From: Octopus sinensis
Lineage: Eukaryota
DNA: 58,859 nucleotides
Direction: 5' to 3'
NCBI RefSeq assembly: GCF_006345805.1
Contig: NW_021832283.1
Coordinates: 1 to 58,859, forward strand
Shown: one piece after another, positions 38,181 through 49,412 of the stretch
How positions within the stretch are numbered: position 1 is the first letter of the stretch
How the letters are laid out: the number at the start of each line of letters is the position of its first letter
The notes under the pieces: generated by a model
Told to the model about the DNA's origin: nothing
Databases searched by the model: none
What the model saw: the letters and a program-made list of their open reading frames with translations, nothing else
Translations under genes and position numbers: made by a program

Positions 38181-38269
38181 AATTATTATTAAATTTTCAT
38201 TTGAAAAAAAAATATTTATTTATTTTTAATCACTAATCTTCATAAAGGGGCCGCATTTATCATCATTAG

Positions 38270-38599
38270 CAGCAGCAGCAGCAGTAGTAGTAGTAATAGT
38301 AGCAATATCATTATCAGCAGTAGCAGCGGTAGTGGTAATATCAGTAGTAATGGCAGTAGCAACAGCAGCAGTAGCCGTAGTAGCAGCAATAGTAGTAGTA
38401 GCAACAGCAGCAGTAGCACCAATAGTAGTAGTAGTAGTAATAGTAGCAGCAGTAACTGTGGTAGCAACAGCAGCAGTAGTAGCAGTAGCAGTAGCAGCAG
38501 TAGTAGTAGTAGTAGTAGTAGTAGTAGCAGCAGTAACTGTGGTAGCAACAGCAGCAGTAGTAGCAGTAGTGGTAGCAGCAGTAGTAGTAGTAGTAGTAG

Positions 38600-38695
<96 letters not shown>
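38270..38695. repeat. (AGC)/(AGT)n compound repeat then (TA)n
   Basis: Direct reading. Confidence 0.9.
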
Positions 38696-38697
<2 letters not shown>

Positions 38698-38700
38698 GTA

Positions 38701-38860
38701 TCTTTTATAATCTTTTACTTATTTCAGTCATGAGACTGCAGCCATGCTGGGGCACATCCCTAAAGAATTTTTAGTCGAAAGAATCAACACCTGTACTTAT
38801 TTTTTTTTTCGGCCTGCTATTTATTCTATCGTTTTTTTTTTGTTTTTTTTGCCGAACCGT
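38701..38860 (-). mobile_element. SINE family 1 3' part
   Basis: ttttacttatttcagtcatgagactgcagccatgctggggcac tail. Confidence 0.8.
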
Positions 38861-39210
38861 TATCGCCAGCCTATACAGAAATAGCAAACTCAGGAACTCA
38901 AATGATTGTGGCAGATGCACAGGTGACGTGACATGCTTAGGAAACAAATCAGAACTTTCAACGTTTTCGGCCAGTATTTTTTTCCTTGTTTTGTTTTTGT
39001 TTTCGTTTTTTGTTATTTTACTCAGCGTCTATTATCTGCACAATCTACGCCTGAAAACTGACAATGAGTAAATGGTCAACATTATTGCATATATATTTAC
39101 CACATCCTTTGTACTATGCCAACCCAAATATTTTGCTAATTGCATAATAAATCATTTCGACGTGTTTTTTGCGCCTTTTGTTGTTGTTGTTGCGGATTTC
39201 TTTTTTTTTT

Positions 39211-39420
39211 TACTCTCTTTTACTTATTTCAGCCATTTAACTGTGGCCATGCTAGAGCACTGCTTTTAGTCTAGCAAATCGACCCCAGGACTTATTCTTT
39301 GTAAGCTAAGTTACGGGGATGTAAACACACCAGCATCGGTTGTCAAGCAATGTTGGGGGGGGGGGAATACAAACACACAAACATATACACACACATACAT
39401 ACATACATACATATATATAT
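39211..39420 (-). mobile_element. SINE family 1 3' half with internal deletion
   Basis: Family tail and body match. Confidence 0.85.
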
Positions 39421-40397
39421 ATAAATATAAATATATATATATATTGTGGTGGTGGTGGTACTAGTAGTAGTTGTAGTAGTAGTAGTAGTAGTAGTTCTAC
39501 ATAAAACACTCCAACTCCTGTAAAGATCGATATTACGTCTTTACAGGGCAGAAGCAACAACAGCAACAACAACAACAACAACATCAAAAACAAAACCAAT
39601 ATTAATATTTCAGAAAAATAATACTAATAGCCCACCGTATATATTTGTAATATTAAGAGACTGGATTTAACAGATATTGGGGTATGGGCGCAGGAACGTT
39701 TTTGCCGATGATTATGGTTAGGAAGCCACAAAATTGGTATTTGGGAAATAATTCAAAGAATGTTATTTGCCGACGAATGTCATTGAATCGTAAAAAGATC
39801 AAATTTGATATTCGATTGGGAACCTCATATGTCACTCTACTTGCTAGAAACGGCAGTTAAATTACTCACAATTCTCATGTTGCCGTTTCCCTCGAAATGT
39901 AAATATTACAATGTATCTGAAGATAACTTTAAAGCAAAACAAAAAAAAAGGCTGGACTCTCACGACTGGAATATCGTTCATCGTAAATCTGCTCATAGTT
40001 GGCCTTTGCTAAACAACAATAACAGCAACAGAAACTCTAATAACAACAACAACAACTGTTCGATTGTCTGTTATAAAATTATTTCAATAAGGTTCATTCC
40101 GCTTCAGAAATAATCAATACTAATTAGAAATTATCAATAATGATCAATAGACTAAAACAAACAAAAAATAGAACCGTAGACGAGATCTAAATCTAAAAAA
40201 AATATATAATAATTCTTTGTATTTCCTTTTATCCCGAATTTGTTGTTTCTTGACAGGAATTTGACACATTTCCATGATTTTTTCTAAATTTGATTTTATA
40301 AATTCCTTAGAGGATGAGGATGCTATCCACGGCTTCTATGTGAAACTGTTTAGTCCAAAATCAGTTGCGATCGAGCAAAGCTATTCTACCTGGGACT

Positions 40398-40870
40398 ATC
40401 TTTTACTTGTTTTAGTCATTAAGCTGTAGTCATGCTGGGGCACCGCCTTGAAAAAAGTTTTAGTCGAATGAATTGGCCCTCACCCACTTAATTTTTTTCA
40501 AAGCCTTGTACTTATTCTGTCCGATCTTTTGCCGAACCAATAAGTTACGGGGATGTAAACACGCCAGCACCGGTTGTCAAGCGGTGGTAGGAGACAAGCA
40601 TGAGGACACGCATGGATATAACATACATACATACATGCATATACACATACATACATACATACATACATACATACATACATACATACATACATACATACAT
40701 ACATACATACGTGTGTGTGTGTGAATTTACGACGGTCTTCTTTCAGTTTCTGTCTATGAAACCCACTCACAATGCTTTGATCGGCCCGAGGCAATGGTAG
40801 ATGCCACTTGCCCAAGCTGCCATGCAGTGGGACTGAACCCGAACAGTGTGATTGGAAAGCAAGCTTCTTA
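40398..40870 (-). mobile_element. SINE family 1
   Basis: Tail, internal (CATA)n, B box gggttcagtccc on minus strand. Confidence 0.88.
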
Positions 40871-42124
40871 AAACGACTGTACCATACTTTTTTTCCAGGT
40901 ATATTATATCTAGGTACCATACCAGAGCGGTGGATTGACAAAAATATTTAGAGCGATGGACGTCGATCTTACGGGAACTGAACTATTATTTTGATTGCCA
41001 GAGCTAATCCTCTAACTAAGGAAATCCTCTCCGTCACTCTTCACTTGGCAAGTGTGAGCAGGTAGGCTTACATCTAGCAAAGATAAACCGGAAACGGCAT
41101 GCTGGCACCTTAACAACAGCTTAACAATAGAATGGAGAGTCTGTCTAGGATTACATTATTCAACGTAGCCTTTCTTGGTTGGAACAGGTAAATGTGCTGC
41201 TACGTCCAGCAGGTTAAGTGACAACGCAGAAGTTTACTCGCTGGGTCGAGGATGATCAGACAGAAGCGGGTAATGCCCAGGCATGAATGTCTGCAGAAAA
41301 ATAAATGGGTGGGGTGAGACCCATAGTGCTAATCTTAATGCTTGCACCAGATTAATATCTGCTAAAGACACCCACGGGCCAAGCGTTGGTAACAGTCTGG
41401 GCGGTATGTTAGACTTACCACCCAAGTTAGATCTATCGTCCAACTGAACATTTCTTCAACATTAGGCTAATCTAACGACGCCTGCTTTGGTTTGCCTTGC
41501 GTAATTCTAGAAGCTATTATGTATAGTGTATTTTCTAAGTGGTTTGTCACTTCTCATAAATTAAATTCCTTAAATAATTGAAACATATTTGTATTGAAAT
41601 ATCAACTTAAAAGAGACAAAAATGTCAAATGAGCTATTGAATATAATACGAAATATATTTGTCTAGGGATTAAAAGGGACCAATATGGTTTACAACATGC
41701 TTCAATTCCATTAACATCTAGTGAACTTTTTCCGACCACATTGGCAACAGCCTTCATTTCGGTAAATACTGAAAACGAATCTTACCTCATGATATAAATG
41801 ACACATTCTTAATGCTGGGAATTTTCCTACCAAAATTCTTTTGCTATTATTCATTGATGATGATAGACACCATATTCATCTTTCGGTTCCTATTTATTGA
41901 TCTGAGAAAACACTCAGGAAGGCGAAGAGTTTTCAAGCAAAGATAATTTTGTCAGCCATTATGGAACTGAATTTTCTTGGGAAACTTCTCACACTTGGGC
42001 GAGTCAAACTGATGCTGATTCTGTTTCGGTTCTGTGTCCGTTTGATGAGTGACTGCGTCATTGTATAACTAGTAAAAGTTTTGTTAACTTTTAGTGGAGA
42101 ATACTCTTCGGACCAAGAAGTGGC

Positions 42125-42300
42125 ACTCGACCTGTTAGAAATATCAACAAAATCCTATCTAAAGCGCCTCCCTCTTTGTCTTAAACAAGAGATACTATAT
42201 GCGATAATATAATTTTAGTTATCTTGTCTACTAGACGGAATGGTCATGGCTAGAATACATTGACCGTAAGTTTGCTCAATAAGTGTTGAACTGACCAGTT
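42125..42300 (+). repeat. unclassified dispersed repeat (related pieces at about 15295-15345, 39832-39870, 45860-46010)
   Basis: Shared core actcgacYtgYtagaaatRKcaRcaaat on either strand. Confidence 0.45.
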
Positions 42301-42732
42301 GTAATAGTTTCGGACAAAGTTTGATCTCCACCAAATTTAATGTTCATAAAATTTTGCTACATGGTACCGAAGTTTATTCTGATAGTGTTCGGCATCCATC
42401 TGTTTAAGCTGCTTATAACTGTCCTCTTGAAATAGAAAACAAAATCTAAATCTTAGCTGGGTGGTTAAGAATTTCTTTTGTAACTACGTGGTTCCAAGTT
42501 AGATTTTATTTTGGAAAATGTCTTCTGATATAGTCTCTGCTCAACCAAAGCCATGAGAGTAATTTGATTGATAAAAATCTGTAAAAGACTGTCGAAAGGA
42601 CTGGCACGAGATAGGAAAGAAGTCTTAAACATGGAATCAAGTCATTTCTGCTTTCATATTTACTTTTTAAAAATCCCGCATTCTGCAATCGGTAATTAAT
42701 CCGTTAAAAATTAACGTTAATCATCTTTTATC

Positions 42733-42783
42733 TTTTTCTTGTTTTATTCATTTACTTGACTACGTCATGCTGGAGCACCGTCA
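42733..42783 (-). mobile_element. isolated SINE family 1-type tail
   Basis: Minus strand gacggtgctccagcatgacgtagtcaagtaaatgaataaaacaag. Confidence 0.65.
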
Positions 42784-42789
42784 TGGGGG

Positions 42790-43545
42790 TTTTATTAGTT
42801 TCAGCTCAAGGGCAGTAGCTATGCTGGAGCATCGCCAACCAGTATTGCTACATCCTCGTTAACCCTCTCTTGATAGCTGTCATTTGGTGAATGAGCACGT
42901 TTGACACTGTTACCGTCATTCCCTATTCCTGCCGTGAAGTTGGCTCATCTGGGACTCTTGACAATAGGAGATCCAATTTAGCTTTGAAAGCATTCACACA
43001 CACACCTTTTAGCTCTTTAAGACCCAGTGGGAGGATATCGAAGAGCTCTGGTCACTTTAAACCCAAGCTATTACAGTATCTGGTACTGAATTTTGGTGAC
43101 AGAGAAGGGATTTTAGATACCCTGCAATGGCTCCCAAGCGTTTGTGTAACTTTCAGAAAGTCTTTCCAGGAGCTTTCAGATGTATATTGCAGCATATCTT
43201 TCCTACCTTCGTTCCGGGGAATAAGGTCTTAACCTCTTAGCTCTTGAGTCTTTTCCAGCATTGCAGCATTGAAGCTCTTTTTCGTGTAGCTTCATTGGAC
43301 TGCTTCAAATGTCGCTTTAATTTCACACTGCATGGTGACCATAGTTGAGAGCAATATTCATGGCTTCCTGCTTAATTATTCTGACTGTTCTAAGAAGCCA
43401 TCCTGTCAGCTGTCTGTATTTCATTGCCAACTTAATAATATACAAACGAAAGATGCATTACCATTCATGTCAATGCCCAGGTGACTAACTGATTGATTCT
43501 TGAACTGTTATCCTCTAGGTCCAGTGTATTTTGTCTGCATTGTAT
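42790..43545 (-). mobile_element. degenerate CR1/L2-group LINE 3' fragment
   Basis: Minus-strand translation ...CSQLWSP...ELFDILP...NAFKAKLDLLLSRVPDEP; 3' end ggcgatgctccagcatagctactgcccttgagctgaaactaataaaa. Confidence 0.75.
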
Positions 43546-43659
43546 TTAACTTTATCTGCTGATTGCGTAGAGCTTGGAACTTTCTAGCATTAAACTGCAT
43601 GTTATTGTAAGCCCACGTGTATATTGCATATAACTCTTGTTGCCGAAGGTGGGAGGGGA

Positions 43660-44456
43660 AGTGTATTGGGGTCTATTTCTGACTGTGTTGACTTTGTTGT
43701 TGGTGTTGGTGCTGGTTGGTAACATATGGATTTCGTCTTCGATGTCGTAGCATATGGGGGACACTAGCCATTTTATTTCCAATTCTGGGGGCACCTTCTT
43801 TATTTTAATTTTTGCGACCCTACGGCCAAGGTATGTAGGGATCATTAATAAGTTTTCAGATTGGAAGGACTTTGTGGAGAGGTCCTTGGCTCTTTCTTCA
43901 CTATAGAATCGAACTTCGATGGTGGCAAATTTGTTGCCCCTTGTGATATAGTCTTTAAAGGCCCATATAGGCTTTAAACATTTTTCAAAATTTTCTTGTG
44001 TGGCCTTTTCATGTAGCCTTGTTTTTAGGTTGAATGCCTTGTAAATAAGTGGGGTTTTTTTTCGATTTTTTTTCTGTGATGTCTTGCAGTGTCTGTAGTT
44101 GTATGCTGAGGTCGTCTTTTTTTTTAACATTGCTTTACATGCAAGTAGTTCCTCCTCCGAAAAAGATACGTAAGATTTCTTTAGCTTTAAAGCTGCGGCA
44201 TTCGTGTCGGTTGTGGTGGTGATGGCGGTAGTGGTGGTGGCAGTGGTAGAGGCAGTAGTAGAAGCTCTTTCTAAGGGATGTGTGCCTTCATGCGGAACGG
44301 CTTTGTTTTCAGATTCCTTCGCCTCTAGTATTGGTGGAGGCGGGAAGTCGGCCTCGTGGTTTCGCATAGCCATATTTGTTTCCCTTGAAAATACACTCAA
44401 ACGAAAGCTGGGTGCTTTACACACAAGGTGTGTAAAAATTGGAACAAAATGTGTGC
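43660..44456 (-). pseudogene. Tx1 copy G: 5'UTR + ORF1 N-terminal half only
   Basis: MAMRNHEADFPPPP...EKCLKPIWAFKDYITRGNKFATIEVRF...PTYLGRRVAKIKIKKVPPEL, homologous to ORF1 of copies A and B; likely ATG 44373. Confidence 0.85.
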
Positions 44457-44482
44457 AATATATATATATACACACACACACG

Positions 44483-44636
44483 CGACGAAATTCCACACAG
44501 TTTCTGAGTATCAAATCCGCTCACAAGGCATTGGTCGACTCGGGGTTATAATAGAAGACACTTGTCGCGCAGTGAGACTGAACCCGAAACCATGTAACTG
44601 CTAAGCGCGTCTCTTAACCACACACCCACAGCTGCG
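44483..44636 (-). mobile_element. SINE family 1 5' half, interrupted at its internal microsatellite by Tx1 copy G
   Basis: Head to ...gtcg then (TG)(TA) tract then Tx1 5' end. Confidence 0.8.
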
Positions 44637-45049
44637 TTAAATTTATTTATATTTTAAGAAAATGGTACTTGTGCAGCATGTTAATATCCATCTGTTATTG
44701 CTTCCGTAAAATTTCTCGATAATGCATTTTTAGTGGAAAGAATATAATTTTTCTTAATATGACTGAATAATCAGTAGATAACAACAATTAACTGTTATCC
44801 TTTCTTTATCTGCACAAATATAAACAAACACCAACATGCCCATGTTTCACACATTAGCTGGAAATTTCATCCAAGTTTCCGACACTCAAAACGAATATTG
44901 TCTATCATTTAGGTGGTGTATTCTAATGTGAAGGAAGTTGTATAATGCAAACTTTTAACAGGCAATCTATGTGAAGATGTGTCAGACACAAAAAATAAAC
45001 ATGGGTGAAAATTATTATGAGAAAAAGATTAGTGAAGATAATTCTTTTC

Positions 45050-45145
45050 TAGTCTAAGTACAAAGCCCGAAATTTTGGGTGAGGGCCGAATCGATTAGAA
45101 CATCCCCACTACGCAACTGGTACTTTATCGACCCCGAAAGGAAGA
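45050..45145 (-). mobile_element. SINE family 2 3' fragment
   Basis: aaagcccgaaattttggg...caactggtactttatcgaccccgaaagga. Confidence 0.7.
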
Positions 45146-47298
45146 ACTTCAGATGAAATTTTAAACAATTTTAGTTACTGATGGGAAAAATTGTTTGATT
45201 AGTAATTAGAAAAGTAAAACAAGGATAGTGAGTAAAACAACACGTCTAAAATAAAAATGACCTTGCTTGATATACCGAAAGAAAAATGACTGAAGCTACT
45301 ATTTAAGCACAATTATGTCCTATAACCTATCCCTTCGCATGGAATTACGAGGCTGAAGAAGTCTGAAGAAACCAACGGTACTTTTAAACTAATTTGAATT
45401 TCAAATAGATTTCAGTATATTCAAAACTAAAACTCTGTATTATTCTTTGGACGAACAGCCAAAACTTATGGAAATCGGTAGATTAGCTAGCAAAATCATG
45501 GAACTAATGTTTCCATAAGAAAGTAATTATGTTAGAGAGTTCACGAACAAAGAATGTACTCTGAAATGACAAAGAAATGTTTAAACTGAACTTACAACAG
45601 GTAACATGTAGGAAAGTAATGAAGCTTGGCTGTGAAAGATGATGACAAAATTTTAATGAAATTGAAAAGAAAACGGCTCAAGACAGAAGTATCTACAACA
45701 CCCCAACGCGTCCGTATGGCGCCAGAATAAAATGCATCCCCAAAAGAATCAAAGACAAATTGAATTATAGTGTGCTTTGAACTTAGAATGAAATTCAATT
45801 CTACCAATAATTTATATCAGTCGTTTTAATATTGATAACATATAATTAATAAATATGATCTTTATTTGTTGTTTTATAGCCTCAGTTCAGCCTCTATCGA
45901 ACAGTCCAGTGGCTCTGAGACCACAATATTCAAAATGATCTTCCTTTATTTTAAGATTGCAGTATGCGATTTATTTAGCTGGTACTTCTAACAGTCCGAG
46001 TGGCTCTTTAGAGGTTGCCCCGTGGACTCATTAACTGTAATTCTATTCTTTTAAGTGGGGGTCATCTTTTCTTTTAATCCACCACCCAATTAACCACTAT
46101 CTGGCCTTTGTGTGTCTTTAGAGGAATCCAATCTTATGCAAGCATTCGGACCAGCTCTTCTGTATAAAGACAGTTATCTTCCTTTTTTCCGCTAGTCTTA
46201 GAGGCTCTGAAAATGGCCTGGGGTGCTGCCTTCTTCCTCTAAGATAGACATTAATAAGAGGAATTAGAAGCAAAAATGAAAGGAACTTGTGTAAACTGAG
46301 GTACTAGGTCGCGATGTCGATCATACTGGGAAATGTAGTTTATTATTTTTGATATTCATACAGGTTCTCTAAATTTCATAAAGGAAAACGAGAGGTTGTG
46401 ACGTTCATGCCTTGCCTAAAGAAATTACTGATAGGGGTGAAATGAGATATATCTGGGACTGAAACCCCGTTGATGTTGATTCGTCGAAAACTTACTTATT
46501 TATCCATGATACTCACCTCGTTGAAAGGAAATATTTAAATGAAAAAAGAATTTTTAATAAAAATGTTTTTCATTACTTTGCGGTTTTTTTATTTCCTTTA
46601 TATATCAATTTTTTTCCCTTTCATGATCGTCTGGTTTAGAATAAATTTATTTAAAATGTACACTCCCTGGATTATTGCACTATTTTATTGACAAAAGAAA
46701 AATGTGTGTGTGCGTATGTGGTAAGTGATTGTGTGTCTTCGATAGTGTGTATTTGCGTGCATTTATACGCGCGCGCGCGCGTGTGTGTTAGCAGTTTAAT
46801 AAAAGTTAAAGGACTCGAATTATAATACTGAAAAAAAGAACGAATAGAAAACATACAGAACGACCTTTTGGCGGCCCTGTTAACAACCAACAATTTATTG
46901 TTATTGTCATCTTTCAGACTTAGCGAAACTGAAATCATATTATCTACCGCAACCTCTTTATATTTAAAACAATATGGTGTTTTGTAACATATCCCGACTC
47001 ACCACAGAGATTCACTGACCCGCTTGTATTTTTGTTTTTGTTGTTTAACTTCAAATCAGTGCTGATGCAGAAGACATATGATCGAAAGCATCCAGTCGTA
47101 ACCTCACCCCCGTCTTTTTATATATATGTTGGATTACATTACCTAATGTATCTGTCAATATTGCTACCGAGACAGTGAATTGATAGAATCGCAAGTGTTA
47201 CCAGAATGTTATAGTGTTTCTCACTTTGAGTCTAGATCCGTCCGAGATCAACTTGACCTTTCATCTTTTCAGAGACGATAAATAAAGAACTGAGGTCA

Positions 47299-47304
<6 letters not shown>

Positions 47305-47357
<53 letters not shown>
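47305..47357. repeat. (CT)n microsatellite
   Basis: Direct reading. Confidence 0.95.
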
Positions 47358-47360
<3 letters not shown>

Positions 47361-48452
47361 CTCTTTCCTTATCTCTCATGCACCTATAATTTAAATGGTC
47401 CAGCTGCCTAATTATGTCATGTTACGCTGATTCTCCTAAATATATGTTAAGAGTATAAGTATTTTTGGTCTGCCACTTAAAAGTTCGTTTCACCATATTG
47501 AATCGAAGTCGACGGATTATCCACAAATTAAGACAGTAGCATTTGAGGGAGAACTAGCCACTATTTTTATAAGACCGAGCGAACACATAGTTGTAACCAT
47601 GTTTGCTTGCGTTCGAATCGTTGTTTAGTCGTTTAGTCCGAGTCCAACATAGATCGAATAGTCTTATAACAAAGACATTACATCTGTGACCATCCCGTCT
47701 TTTTATAATGTATATAAAACGAGTTAGCGTACATACGAAAGAAAAAGGCATGCAACACATTTAATAGGAGCTACATTTATTATTATTTAAAACAATTTGA
47801 TTCGGTTCCATGCAACTTCAGGTTTCGCGGCTCATTCTGGCTCACATTAATGAATTGAGTGATACAGGAAGTCCAAGATGGCTGCCGAAAAATGGACTGC
47901 TATTAGTCAATGCATGTCTTTGTTAGAAGTGAGATCGGCATTTCAGCTACACCGGATGCATTAAAGATGAGATTTTCTTGAACCAACCAAACACACATGC
48001 GTTTCTGTACGCATCCTAAACAAACTGGCGCACGTACGCTTATACAACCAGCACTAATGTAACATATTTGCGCGCACCCACACACCTATACATATAGGTA
48101 TACACACACTCACACAACCAATAACACACCCACATCCACGCACCCATACATCTTCTGTACACACACACACACATACACACGCTCTCGTTGACCTTGCTTC
48201 TGTTGGCTTCCAAGTACCTACAAATGACCACCAGATACCTATACACCACCACCATTCTGTCCAGACACGCGGCCAAATAAATTCTCCTTTGTAACGTGTA
48301 ATGTGTCCCTGAAATGCCGATCTCTTCTCAAACAACACCATGTGACCTGCATTCCTCCATTCGGTAATCTGAACTGGAATGAGCTAGATTTCTTTTAGGA
48401 GCCTGCGAAACTTAAAGTCCATGACGTCGAATTAAACTGTTTTAAATATTAT

Positions 48453-48507
48453 TATTAATAATAATAATAATAATACTAATAGTAATAATAATAATAATAA
48501 CAACAAC

Positions 48508-48541
<34 letters not shown>
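48453..48541. repeat. (AAT)n, 5' flank of Dong-like copy E
   Basis: Direct reading. Confidence 0.95.
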
Positions 48542-48544
<3 letters not shown>

Positions 48545-49363
48545 CGGAGCTCAGGGCTAAAAGCAGAGAGCGAAGGTTTCATCCTGGCTGCTCAAGATCA
48601 AAGCCTATTAACCCGGAACTACCAGGCCAATGTTATGAAAAATGGAGCAGACCCAAAATGCCGATTCTGCAACGACATGATTGAAACAGTGGACCACCTA
48701 ATCTCTGGATGTAAAGTCTTAGCACCAGTGGAGCATAAATTAAGACATGACAGAGTTGGCCAATATCTCCACTGGCTAATAAGTCGGCATTACAATATCA
48801 AAACTGCCGACAAGTGGTATAATCACCACCCTGAGGCTGTAACTGAAGGAGAAAATGTAACGATTCTGTGGGACTTTCCACTACATCAAGGCCAATAAAC
48901 CAGATATTGTTGTGAAAGACCAAAACAATAAAGTTTGCTTATTGATCGACATGAGCATCCCCTGTGATCATAATATCTCAGCGAAAGAGTTTGACAAGCT
49001 CAGAAAATATAAAGACCTACTCATTGAAATTAAGAAATGTGGCATCTCAAGGCGGTTACAATACCAGTGATCGTAGGAGCACTAGGAATGATCAAGAAGG
49101 GAACCGAAAATTATATGAGAATGATCCCTGGCTTACCATCCCTGCAAGAAGTGCAAAAGATTGTCTTAACTGGTACATCACACGTATTGAGAAGAGCATT
49201 ATCGATGTGAGAACTGTTGCTGCTCATGTATTTTAATTTAACTTAAAAATTAAAAAATAAAAAATGAATGAACTACTGAGTTTGGTTTAATGGCCTACCA
49301 ATGTATACTATGAGTTTCTTTGCCCTAGGAGTCGGGAAGACACTCGGCAAGAAATGGAAGCAA

Positions 49364-49364
<1 letters not shown>
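48542..49364 (+). mobile_element. 5'-truncated Dong-like copy E (CCHC + RLE + 3'UTR), same subfamily as D
   Basis: EGFILAAQDQ, CRFCNDMIETVDHLISGC, NKPDIVV, QEVQKIVLTGTSHVLRRALSM*; 3'UTR 54/67 identical to D. Confidence 0.92.

Positions 49365-49411
<47 letters not shown>
49365..49411. repeat. (TTA)n shared junction tract between E and F
   Basis: Direct reading. Confidence 0.95.

Positions 49412-49412
<1 letters not shown>

Noticed and set aside
40960-41470. Possible RTE-type LINE 5' fragments (also 46000-46260)
   Set aside because: Only vague resemblance; no translatable diagnostic motif
47874-47890. YY1-like motif ccaagatggctgcc (also aaagatggcgc on the minus strand near 5680)
   Set aside because: Short isolated motifs are expected by chance; no associated gene start
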